Both the position numbers and the translations under genes were made by a program. Shown here one piece after another: positions 10,034-18,618 of a stretch of 36,000 nt of DNA; the first letter of the stretch is position 1, and each line of letters starts with the position of its first letter. The DNA comes from an uncultured Clostridia bacterium (GTDB taxonomy: Bacteria > CAYTYR01 > UBA6262): positions 1 to 36,000 of the forward strand of contig CAYTYR010000017.1 in NCBI GenBank assembly GCA_964441745.1, read 5' to 3'. Below the pieces are notes generated by a model. The model had not been told where the DNA came from and made no database searches. It was given only the letters and a program-made list of their open reading frames with translations.

Positions 10034-12466
10034 TTACCATCTGAGAGTACCCTGCCAGGCTTCTTTGAGCGCGGCAATATTTTCTTTTAGGATAATCGTA
10101 TTCTTTAATCCTTTAACAACGAAATTCTTTTCAGATTTTATCTTGCCGAGACAAATAAAACCTGACCCCATCATTGCTTTTTCAAACGCTTTAGCTTTCT
10201 TTGGTTCCACTTCTACCAAGAATCGCGAATTACTTTCAGAAAACAAGATAGTTGTATCATTCTTATCTTTATCTGCTATCGGCCATCGGCCATCGGCTAA
10301 CCGGATTTCCATCCCCAATCCTCCCGCCAAAGCCATCTCCGCCGCAGCTACGGCTAAACCGCCTTCACTGAGATCATGACAAGAGCATACCAGTTTCTGA
10401 GAGATAGCTTGGCTTAGAGAGATCATCAATGCCCTGGCTTTTATAAAATCAACCTTGGGAACAGTATGGCCAAGATTGTTGGACAGGGCCAGATATTGAG
10501 ACCCTCCCATTTCATTATACGTATCCCCTAACAGGTACACCAGATTACCGCTTTCTTTAGCATCCATGGTCACGCAATTCCGCACATCATTAAGCACGGA
10601 AATAGCAGAAATAAGCATGGTCGGAGCGATGGAGATAGATTTCCCTTTAAGTGAATATTCATTGTTTAGACTGTCTTTACCGCTGATAAAAGGCGTGCCA
10701 TAGGCCATAGCGGCATCATAACAGGCCTTGGCTGCCCTGACAATACCACCCAGTTGTTCTTCTTTGTTGGGATTACCCCAGCAGAAATTATCCAGCAAGG
10801 CAGTTTTTTGCAGGTTCCCGCCAACACAGGTAATATTGCGTAAAGCTTCGTCAATGACGCTGGCTGTCATCCAATATGGGTCGATCAATCCGTAGCGGGG
10901 ATTAATCCCATTAGCTACGGCAAATCCCTGCCAGGAATTAAGGTCTGGCCTGTTGACAGCAGCATCGCTTGGACCATCATTATCAATACCGGTCAAAGGC
11001 TTGATGATACTGCCGCCTTGTACTTCATGGTCATATTGCCTGATGATCCATTCTTTGCTCGCTACCGTCGGCAAGGCAAGAATTTCTTTTAAAGTCTTAC
11101 CAAAATCCTTGCTGTTAACTACCGTCCGCTGCCTGCCCGCCGAAGTTTTAGTGGCGGGACCGCCGTCCGCTGACTTTGGTTCCTTCCAGACCGCTTTTCG
11201 TGTATATTTCGGAACGCCATCATGCAAAAACTGCATCTCCAGGTCAGCAACCTGGTCAGAGCCATAATAAAGTTCTAAACGATGATTATTGGTGAATTCA
11301 CCGATAACTGTGGCTTCCACATTTTCACTGGAAAATATCTTTAAAATTGCCGCTATTTTATCTGGCGGTACCGCCAGCACCATTCTTTCCTGCGATTCAC
11401 TGACCCATATTTCCCAAGGCAGCAGGCCCTGATATTTTAAGGGGGCTTTATCCAGGTAGACTTTAGCGCCGCCTTCTTCTCCCAGTTCTCCCACGGCTGA
11501 AGAAAATCCACCGGCTCCGCAATCAGTGCAGGCATTATAAAGTCCCGCGTCACGGGCCTGCAGTAAAGTATCAGTTACCTTCTTTTCTATGATCGGATTG
11601 CCGATCTGCACGGCGGATATTTCCGTATCTTTATCCAATTCGATTGAAGAAAAAGTAGCTCCATGGATTCCATCCCGGCCGGTTCTTCCTCCCACCGCTA
11701 ACACCAGGTCTCCTGGATATACTTTTTTTTCTATGTGTTTCTTAGGCATTATGCCGACTGTCCCGCAAAACACCAAAGGATTATAAATAAAGTCTTCGGC
11801 AAAAACCACCGCGCCGTTAGCCGTCGGGATACCCATCCGGTTACCGTAGTCACGGACGCCAGACACTACTCCTTTGGCAATTCTTTTAGGATGCAAAATG
11901 TGCTCACTAATACTTTTGAAGGAAGTGTCCGGGGGACCAAAGCAAAATACATCAGTATTCATAACCGGCTTAGCGCCCAATCCTACCCCTAAGATGTCAC
12001 GAATTACTCCGCCAATACCAGTACCTGCTCCACCGTATGGCTCTAACGCTGAAGGATGATTATGGGTTTCCACTTTGAAGGCCAAGGCATTGTCCTGATC
12101 GAAATCAATGACCCCGGCATTATCCTTAAAGACTGAAAGACACCACGGCAGATTCAATTCTTTAGTCGCTTTCATCACGGTTTGTTTCAATAAATTGTCT
12201 ATTTTTTCTGTCCGCTGACTGCCGTCCGCTGACCGCTGACTATACTCAATTATTCCCCGCAGGGTCTTATGTTTGCAGTGTTCGCTCCAGGTCTGGGCCA
12301 ATGTTTCCAGCTCCACATCAGTTGGGTCCCGTTGCAGCTTCTGGAAATATGCCTGGATAGTCTTCATTTCCTGGATGTTTAAAGCCAGCAGATTAGCTGT
12401 AGAAATGGTCAGGAGTTCGCCATCTGTCTTCTTTAATATTTCGATAATTTTAACATTGCTATTCAT
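10034..12466 (-). CDS. purL: Phosphoribosylformylglycinamidine synthase subunit PurL
   Basis: QTWSEHCKHK, KVETHNHPS, GGVIRD, DCGAGG, SESQERM, QYDHEV, SGKDSL, HDLSEGG; ATG 12466 preferred over TTG 12484. Confidence 0.96.
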   Translation of the reverse strand: MNSNVKIIEILKKTDGELLTISTANLLALNIQEMKTIQAYFQKLQRDPTDVELETLAQTWSEHCKHKTLRGIIEYSQRSADGSQRTEKIDNLLKQTVMKATKELNLPWCLSVFKDNAGVIDFDQDNALAFKVETHNHPSALEPYGGAGTGIGGVIRDILGVGLGAKPVMNTDVFCFGPPDTSFKSISEHILHPKRIAKGVVSGVRDYGNRMGIPTANGAVVFAEDFIYNPLVFCGTVGIMPKKHIEKKVYPGDLVLAVGGRTGRDGIHGATFSSIELDKDTEISAVQIGNPIIEKKVTDTLLQARDAGLYNACTDCGAGGFSSAVGELGEEGGAKVYLDKAPLKYQGLLPWEIWVSESQERMVLAVPPDKIAAILKIFSSENVEATVIGEFTNNHRLELYYGSDQVADLEMQFLHDGVPKYTRKAVWKEPKSADGGPATKTSAGRQRTVVNSKDFGKTLKEILALPTVASKEWIIRQYDHEVQGGSIIKPLTGIDNDGPSDAAVNRPDLNSWQGFAVANGINPRYGLIDPYWMTASVIDEALRNITCVGGNLQKTALLDNFCWGNPNKEEQLGGIVRAAKACYDAAMAYGTPFISGKDSLNNEYSLKGKSISIAPTMLISAISVLNDVRNCVTMDAKESGNLVYLLGDTYNEMGGSQYLALSNNLGHTVPKVDFIKARALMISLSQAISQKLVCSCHDLSEGGLAVAAAEMALAGGLGMEIRLADGRWPIADKDKNDTTILFSESNSRFLVEVEPKKAKAFEKAMMGSGFICLGKIKSEKNFVVKGLKNTIILKENIAALKEAWQGTLRW
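10271..10298. repeat. Heptamer tandem repeat (ATCGGCC)n inside purL
   Basis: atctgct atcggcc atcggcc atcggct; encodes ADGRWPIAD. Confidence 0.8.
11132..11158 (+). repeat. 27-nt CCTG-footed hairpin inserted in frame in purL, inside a (CCGCTGA)-type repeat tract
   Basis: CCTG-CCCGCC-gaagttttagt-GGCGGG flanked by ccgtccgctg and accgccgtccgctgac. Confidence 0.7.
12210..12240. repeat. Heptamer tract (CCGCTGA)n inside purL
   Basis: gtccgctgactgccgtccgctgaccgctgac; encodes SQRSADGSQRT. Confidence 0.8.
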
Positions 12467-13076
12467 ATTTTTCAGCAGCTCCAATAAAATAATCCTGTAC
12501 GATATTATTAGCTAACAGCTTGGAAGCAATGGCTTCTGCTTCTTTTGCTTGAATTTTGCCGTAGACAATATACTTGGCTCCGGTGTGCACGGTGATCTGT
12601 TCCGGCTGCAAACCAAGATCCCTGACCCCGGTAATCACGGTATCAGCAACCGCGTCGGTGACCCCTTTTTTAAACCATACTTCAATCACAAAGTGTTTTT
12701 CACTGGCCGCACCGTCGATAGTCTTATTAATGACATATTCCTGGGTGATCGGGTCGATCAGTAATTTACAGCAAAGGTTATCGATTTGGGCAAAATTTAA
12801 GCCGGCGTCTATTTTATAAATCTGCACCGACTTAATTTTAGAAACCTTGCTTATCCCCAGGTCGTGAATATCCTTATTGATACTTTCTCCCAGGGCATCA
12901 AGGATATTATCCTTATAGCCAATTTCTATGACATATTGCTTTATACCCATACTCCGAGATTGGATTGCGGGATCTGACAAAAAACTCCTGCAATCTTTCG
13001 TCGAAAATGTCTCAACCGTACTTTTCAAGTACGCTTTCATCATTTTCGGCAAAATATTATTGGATTTTTTCTTCAT
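12459..13076 (-). CDS. purS: Tandem double-PurS protein (FGAM synthase accessory subunit); start is either 13076 or 12950
   Basis: Two PurS-like repeats: IEIGYKDNILDALG...LLIDPITQEY and IEVWFKKGVTDAVA...LLANNIVQDY; located between purC and purL. Confidence 0.8.
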   Translation of the reverse strand: MKKKSNNILPKMMKAYLKSTVETFSTKDCRSFLSDPAIQSRSMGIKQYVIEIGYKDNILDALGESINKDIHDLGISKVSKIKSVQIYKIDAGLNFAQIDNLCCKLLIDPITQEYVINKTIDGAASEKHFVIEVWFKKGVTDAVADTVITGVRDLGLQPEQITVHTGAKYIVYGKIQAKEAEAIASKLLANNIVQDYFIGAAEKYE

Positions 13077-13101
13077 ATCCTCACAACCAATCTCGGAGTA
13101 T
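12949..13101. mobile_element. 153-bp MITE-like palindromic element with perfect 15-bp terminal inverted repeats
   Basis: ATACTCCGAGATTGG (12949-12963) / CCAATCTCGGAGTAT (13087-13101); imperfect pairing continues inward to a central CGTACTT..AAGTACG hairpin. Confidence 0.7.
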
Positions 13102-13104
13102 AGG

Positions 13105-13989
13105 TTAGAGTCCTTTTCCAGTCAGTAATTTATGCGCGGTCAGGTATTTTAGCCTGGTTTTCGCTACAATATCAGCAGGCAGGGTTGGCACCGGCGGCTG
13201 TTTGTTCCATTTGATATGTTCCAGGTAATCACGGATAAACTGCTTATCGTAGCTGGCTTGCGGCGCTCCCGGCTTATAGCTGCTGACCGCCCAAAACCGC
13301 GAGGAATCAGGAGTAAAAATCTCATCAATCAGGATCATCTTATTGTTCAGTAAACCAAACTCAAATTTGGTATCGGCTAAGATGATGCCCTTGCTTCTGG
13401 CATACTCACTGGCTTTTTTATAGATGGCCAGGCTTTTAGTTTTTAGCTCTGCGGCCAGGGCGGCGCCGACTAGTCTCTCAACTTCAGCCATGGTGATATT
13501 CTCGTCATGCAGTCCCTGTTCGGCCTTACTGGAAGGAGTAAATACATCGTTCGGCAGTTTGTCTCCCTCCACTAATCCCGGAGGGAATTTAAGGCCGCAG
13601 ATAGACTGGGTTTTCTGATAATCTTTCAGGCCGCTGCCAGCCAGATATCCCCTGACCACGCATTCTACATCCAGGCGCCGGGCTTTTTTGACCAGCATGC
13701 TGCGGCCAGCCAGGATTTCCCGGTAAGCCTGCAGATTGACTGGATATTTAGCTATATCGGTAGTGATCACATGATTTGGGATGAGGTCTTTGGTCAGGTC
13801 AAAAAAAAAGCTGCTGATCTGAGTGAGTATGCGGCCTTTATCAGGTATAGGAGTAGGCAAGACAAAATCAAAAGCGCTGACGCGGTCAGTGGCCACGATC
13901 AGCAATTCCTGGCCCAAGTCGTAAACATCACGTACTTTGCCTCTGGTCAGTAACGGATATTCTTTTATATTCGTCTCTGTGACGATCAT
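13105..13989 (-). CDS. purC: Phosphoribosylaminoimidazole-succinocarboxamide synthase
   Basis: GKVRDVY, TDRVSAFD, ECVVRGYLAGSG, ADTKFEFG, DEIFTPDSSRFW, DKQFIRD. Confidence 0.97.
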   Translation of the reverse strand: MIVTETNIKEYPLLTRGKVRDVYDLGQELLIVATDRVSAFDFVLPTPIPDKGRILTQISSFFFDLTKDLIPNHVITTDIAKYPVNLQAYREILAGRSMLVKKARRLDVECVVRGYLAGSGLKDYQKTQSICGLKFPPGLVEGDKLPNDVFTPSSKAEQGLHDENITMAEVERLVGAALAAELKTKSLAIYKKASEYARSKGIILADTKFEFGLLNNKMILIDEIFTPDSSRFWAVSSYKPGAPQASYDKQFIRDYLEHIKWNKQPPVPTLPADIVAKTRLKYLTAHKLLTGKGL

Positions 13990-14002
13990 AAGGCTCCTTA
14001 GA

Positions 14003-14587
14003 TTATAATATTTCCTTGTAATCTACTTCAACGCCGTCTTTAAGCTTATCATAATATATCATTTTAACTTTGATTTTTTCTTGCAATGATGCCTTTGAAA
14101 CGTAAGATGATGGTTTTATCGATACCGGAATATCGCCAATCAATCCATCTATTCCATATGATTCTTCTTGGGGATTTGACAGTCTGTATGACGTTCTTCT
14201 AATTTCAGCACCCTTCTTAAGGATAGCTTCCTGAAATTTAAGCCCTACGAAGGTTTTTACTACTATTAAGTCTTTTACCCATTTTTCTATCATTTCTTTA
14301 TCAATAGTCCCAATGACTTCTTTCAAATCATTTACTTTTAATAAAATCTTCTCTGTGGCATTTTTTATTGCGCTTGGATTTTTCTCTAAATACCATCTTT
14401 CCCATTCTGGCAGTGATTTTCCAGAGAATTCTTGGATAAGTTCACTCATTTGCCCTACCACTTTTGGGCGAGTTCCTTGAGCATATTGGTTTGCCAGATT
14501 AATTAAAGGTGATGTATATTTAGGTAATTCAAGATCATTAATATCAAGATATTTTCTAATTTCCTCTGTGCTAATTATTACTTTCAT
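14003..14587 (-). CDS. Putative type II restriction endonuclease, MjaI-like family
   Basis: PKYTSPLINLANQYAQGTRPKVVGQMSELI, EESYGIDG...PVSIKP (PD-(D/E)xK variant); ATGA-coupled to upstream MTase (ORF track start 14602). Confidence 0.75.
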   Translation of the reverse strand: MKVIISTEEIRKYLDINDLELPKYTSPLINLANQYAQGTRPKVVGQMSELIQEFSGKSLPEWERWYLEKNPSAIKNATEKILLKVNDLKEVIGTIDKEMIEKWVKDLIVVKTFVGLKFQEAILKKGAEIRRTSYRLSNPQEESYGIDGLIGDIPVSIKPSSYVSKASLQEKIKVKMIYYDKLKDGVEVDYKEIL

Positions 14588-15888
14588 ATTAACCGCAGAC
14601 AACTCATTTTCTGAAAATCAAGAAACTTATCCTTGTATTTATAATCTAATTGCTCATCTACATTAGCAAGTCCATTTTTAATCAGATGAGCATTTAAAAA
14701 TGTTTTATTCCATAAGTATAAATAGCAAAGTAAATTATTATTACTGTCGAATTTTACTGTATCATATTTCATGAATACTCGTTGTCCAGATGTTAATTTC
14801 GACAGAAACTCAATTGCTTCTTTGTCTTTACTTTGGATTTCCCTTACTCCTATTAATTTAACCTTCTGCCCATTGCTTAATACTAATAATTCCGGTGATA
14901 TAATATCCTTAACTTTATAATATTTCTGTTCTCCACTGCTATTAGAATCTATTTTAGATCCAAATTGTAACGTTTTTGGGTCGATTTTCTTATCAAATTT
15001 TATGGGGTCTTTAAAAATGTAAGGAAGTTTAGTTATTTCAGCATTAAAATCAATTGCTATCTGATCTTGAGTTACTATTTCAAAGCTTGTATCTTTTAAT
15101 ATATCCGTTTGACAAATATCAAGTTTTTCTTTGATAACTGGGAGGAAATCCTTATTTATCTCATAGCCAATGGAATTTCTATTAAGGTTCCTGGCTGCTA
15201 ATGAGGCAGTTCCACTACCCATAAAGGGATCAAGTACTGTTTCTCCGGTAAAGCTAAACATTTTAATAAGCCTTTTAGGTAATTCTTCAGGGAACATCGC
15301 TAAGTGTTTATCTTGCTTCTCACCAGCGAAATTCCAGTGACCCGTAAAATATTGATTCCATTCTTCCGTGGTCATTTCTGATTTTCTCTTGACTTCACCA
15401 TCTACTTTTGGGGCTTCGCCATATTTTTTAAACAATAATATAAATTCATAATCCAATTTTACGATTCCGTTTCTCGGATACGGGAATGATCCCATTATAG
15501 TAGCCCCGCCAGTTGTATTGCACGTTGTTACCTTCTGCCAAATGATGGCCCCCATATAATCAAACCCAATATTCTCGCAAAACTTAATGATTTCTGTTCG
15601 TATAGGGATAATCTTATATCTGCCATAGTATACAGAGCGTGCAAATTGATCGCCGATATTAATGCAAAGACGGCATCCACTATGTAAAACTCTATGACAT
15701 TCTTTCCAAACCAGGTTAAGGTTATTAATATATTCCTCATAGGAATGGTCATAGCCAATCTGGTTCTCATGGCCATAGTCCTTTAGCTGCCAATATGGAG
15801 GAGATGTAACTACAAGATGAACAGATTCATCTTTCGTTTCCTTCATCCATCTTGAATCGCCTATAACAATCTTATGCATAGTTTTCAT
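14584..15888 (-). CDS. N4-C/N6-A DNA methyltransferase (beta class) with C-terminal thermonuclease (SNase)-like domain
   Basis: TSPPY, HLAMFP, VLDPFMGSGT; C-terminal ~110 aa resembles SNase fold (VKLIGV, LLCYLYL, LNAHLIKNGLA). Confidence 0.88.
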   Translation of the reverse strand: MKTMHKIVIGDSRWMKETKDESVHLVVTSPPYWQLKDYGHENQIGYDHSYEEYINNLNLVWKECHRVLHSGCRLCINIGDQFARSVYYGRYKIIPIRTEIIKFCENIGFDYMGAIIWQKVTTCNTTGGATIMGSFPYPRNGIVKLDYEFILLFKKYGEAPKVDGEVKRKSEMTTEEWNQYFTGHWNFAGEKQDKHLAMFPEELPKRLIKMFSFTGETVLDPFMGSGTASLAARNLNRNSIGYEINKDFLPVIKEKLDICQTDILKDTSFEIVTQDQIAIDFNAEITKLPYIFKDPIKFDKKIDPKTLQFGSKIDSNSSGEQKYYKVKDIISPELLVLSNGQKVKLIGVREIQSKDKEAIEFLSKLTSGQRVFMKYDTVKFDSNNNLLCYLYLWNKTFLNAHLIKNGLANVDEQLDYKYKDKFLDFQKMSCLRLI

Positions 15889-15944
15889 AAAAATATCGCC
15901 TTCATATATTTTAGTAGTATTAAAGTTTTAACTCTATTTGATAT

Positions 15945-16365
15945 TTATTTCTTTTTGTCAGTACCAGTAGCTTGGTTATTTGATGTAGTGTTTGATGAGC
16001 TTCCGAATAAAATAGATAAAATAATACCTGCTATAAAAGACCAAAAACCTATGGAGTCTATTATTCTTAAATATTTTCCTAATTTATTTTTAGTTATATC
16101 ATTTCCTTGTATTACAGACTCTAAATAAGGCTTGTTTATATCATAAAACTAAACAACATATTATAGTAACTAAAAATGAGAACAAGCCGAGATAGCAAGA
16201 GATCATTCCATAGAGATTAAAACTAAAACTAGTGATTAATGTTACTAAGAGACCTATACCACCGCAAGATAAGGAAAAAAGGCTTTTATCACGTTCCATG
16301 GCGCTATTAATCCACGCATTACATAATGCAGAGTAATATGTAGGATCTTTTTCCTTATTAGTCAC
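15945..16365 (-). pseudogene. Frameshifted small multi-TM hypothetical membrane protein
   Basis: ORF 16141-16365 stops at TGA; a shifted frame continues YDINKPYLESVIQGN...IDSIGFWSFIAGIILSILFG...KKK to TAA at 15945, adding a further hydrophobic helix. Confidence 0.6.
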
Positions 16366-16378
16366 TTTATTTGTTTAC

Positions 16379-16498
16379 TCACTCCCATTTTCGGTCTGTG
16401 GCTATGATCAACAGTTCCTGGCCAAGGTCATATACATCCCGGACTTTACCCCTGGTCAGTAACGGATATTCTTTTATATTCGTCTCTGTGACAATCAT
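16379..16498 (-). pseudogene. purC: Truncated duplicate of the purC 5' end (39 codons)
   Basis: Translates MIVTETNIKEYPLLTRGKVRDVYDLGQELLIIATDRKWE*; 35 of the first 36 aa match PurC. Confidence 0.9.
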
Positions 16499-16530
16499 TT
16501 TTCCTCTTTTCCTGACCGCTATACGCTGAT

Positions 16531-18057
16531 TCATTCCCATTCTATGGTCGCTGGCGGTTTGGAGCTGATGTCATAAACTACCCGGTTGACGCCTTTTACT
16601 TCATTGATAATGCGGTTAGATATGGTAGCCAGTATTTCATAAGGCAAGCGGACCCAGTCAGCGGTCATGCCGTCAAGGCTATTAACCGCCCGGAAAGCAA
16701 TAGTATTTTCATATGTTCTCTCGTCACCCATTACTCCTACACTTTTCAAGGGCAAAAGAATGGCAAAAGACTGCCAAATTTGGGTATAGAGAAGAGCTTT
16801 CTTAATTTCTTCGATGATGATCGAATCTGATTTACGGAGAATTTCCAGTCGTTCCTTAGTCACTTCCCCGATGATCCTGATGGCTAAGCCAGGCCCTGGG
16901 AATGGCTGCCTGGTAATAATTTCTTCGGATATACCCAACTCCCGTCCCAGTAATCTTACTTCGTCTTTAAAGAGAAATCTTAAAGGCTCGATCAATTTGA
17001 AATTCATTTTTTTCGGCAGGCCGCCAACATTATGATGGCTTTTAATTACTGCCGAAGGACCTTTAACCGAGATACTTTCGATAACATCAGGATATAAAGT
17101 GCCCTGCGCCAGGAATTTCGTGCCTTTTACGCGCCTGGCCTCTTTTTCAAAGATGTTGATAAATTCATGACCAATGATCTTCCGCTTTGTTTCCGGATTA
17201 GTTATTCTTTTTAGTTTGCCTAAAAAGTATTTCTCCGCGTCTACATAGCGCAAACTTAAACCCAGATGTTTTTTAAACACCTTTTGTACTTTATCTGCTT
17301 CGTTGGCGCGTAATACACCATTATTGACAAACACACACGTTAATTGTTTACCAATTGCTTTGTGTACCAAAACAGCGGTAACACTAGAATCAACGCCGCC
17401 GGAAAGACCGCAGATCACTTTGCTCTTGCCCACTGTCTTCCGGATCTCTTCTGTTGCTGTCTTGATAAAGGAATGCATGGTCCAGGTAGGGAATTCTTTG
17501 CAGATGCGTAAGACAAAATTATGCAAGATCTGGGTGCCGTTGGGCGTATGCATTACTTCCGGGTGGAATTGCACGCCATATATTTTCCTGAAAGGATCAT
17601 ATATAGCCGCTTGCGGCGCATTGGCAGTATAGGCAATGATAGAATAGCCAGCAGGCAACCTGGTAATTTTGTCACCATGGCTCATCCATACTTTTTGTTC
17701 TTTGTCCAAACTATAAAAAAGGTCTGTGGGTTTGTTAATAACAAGCTGGGCTGCTCCATATTCACGTTTGCTGGATTTATCTACTTTTCCTCCTAGCAAG
17801 TGAGCAATGATCTGCATACCATAACAAATACCCAAAACAGGTATCCCTAATTCAAAGATTCGTTGATCCGGTATAGGCGCCCCTTTGGCATAAACGCTGG
17901 CTGGCCCGCCGGACAAGATCAATCCCTTCGGATCTTTGGCACGCAACTCTGGTAAAGGGATATTAAATGGCCATATTTCGCAGTAAACATTCTGCTCCCT
18001 GATCCGCCGTGCGATCAATTGCGTGTACTGCGACCCAAAATCAAGAATTATAATCAT
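16531..18057 (-). CDS. guaA: GMP synthase (glutamine-hydrolysing)
   Basis: [62 protein letters not shown]. Confidence 0.98.
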   Translation of the reverse strand: MIIILDFGSQYTQLIARRIREQNVYCEIWPFNIPLPELRAKDPKGLILSGGPASVYAKGAPIPDQRIFELGIPVLGICYGMQIIAHLLGGKVDKSSKREYGAAQLVINKPTDLFYSLDKEQKVWMSHGDKITRLPAGYSIIAYTANAPQAAIYDPFRKIYGVQFHPEVMHTPNGTQILHNFVLRICKEFPTWTMHSFIKTATEEIRKTVGKSKVICGLSGGVDSSVTAVLVHKAIGKQLTCVFVNNGVLRANEADKVQKVFKKHLGLSLRYVDAEKYFLGKLKRITNPETKRKIIGHEFINIFEKEARRVKGTKFLAQGTLYPDVIESISVKGPSAVIKSHHNVGGLPKKMNFKLIEPLRFLFKDEVRLLGRELGISEEIITRQPFPGPGLAIRIIGEVTKERLEILRKSDSIIIEEIKKALLYTQIWQSFAILLPLKSVGVMGDERTYENTIAFRAVNSLDGMTADWVRLPYEILATISNRIINEVKGVNRVVYDISSKPPATIEWE

Positions 18058-18072
18058 GTTAGTTATTCACCC

Positions 18073-18618
18073 TTAAAAATTGACTAAAATTATTTTTACA
18101 GGTACTGCCGGGAAATGTCGTTTAAGTCTTTCGATGTCGAATATAAGTTGTTCGCCATAAGACACCCCGGAAGACATATCTTTGTGTAATGAATGACAAG
18201 GGACAATTTCGATTCCTACATCCGCTTTGTTTTCATTGAAAAAGTATTGAAATTTTGCCATGTCATAGAACATGAAAGCATATTTTCCAAATTGCACCTC
18301 AACAAGTACCTTGCTTTTAACAAAGTCAACCTGCTTATAACAACCTTCAACTACCGTTGAGTAATTTGGTAGTTTTATACTATAACGAACTCTAAGTTCT
18401 TTATATTTTAATTTGTGAAATTTCTGACTAAAACATTCGTTTATCTCGATTGGCGAATAAAGCATTTCTCCCTTCATTGTCTTTTCTTTGCTAATTTTGT
18501 TTTTGCTAATTGATTTTATACTTGCTATTACATTGTCAATTTCTTTTTCAATATCAGGATATCTAACTTTTAGAATCTCACTGCCGCCTAGATGGGAGTA
18601 CTCATATACTTTTTGCAT
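18073..18618 (-). CDS. Putative type II restriction endonuclease, BglII/BstYI family
   Basis: YEYSHLGG...QVDFVKSKVLVEVQFGKYAFMFYD (BglII-type D...ExQ active site); downstream of MTase (ORF track start 18657). Confidence 0.8.
   Translation of the reverse strand: MQKVYEYSHLGGSEILKVRYPDIEKEIDNVIASIKSISKNKISKEKTMKGEMLYSPIEINECFSQKFHKLKYKELRVRYSIKLPNYSTVVEGCYKQVDFVKSKVLVEVQFGKYAFMFYDMAKFQYFFNENKADVGIEIVPCHSLHKDMSSGVSYGEQLIFDIERLKRHFPAVPVKIILVNF

Noticed and set aside
13801-13809. A9 homopolymer in purC as a phase-variation tract
   Set aside because: The gene is in frame (Phe-Phe-Phe) and there is no evidence of variation
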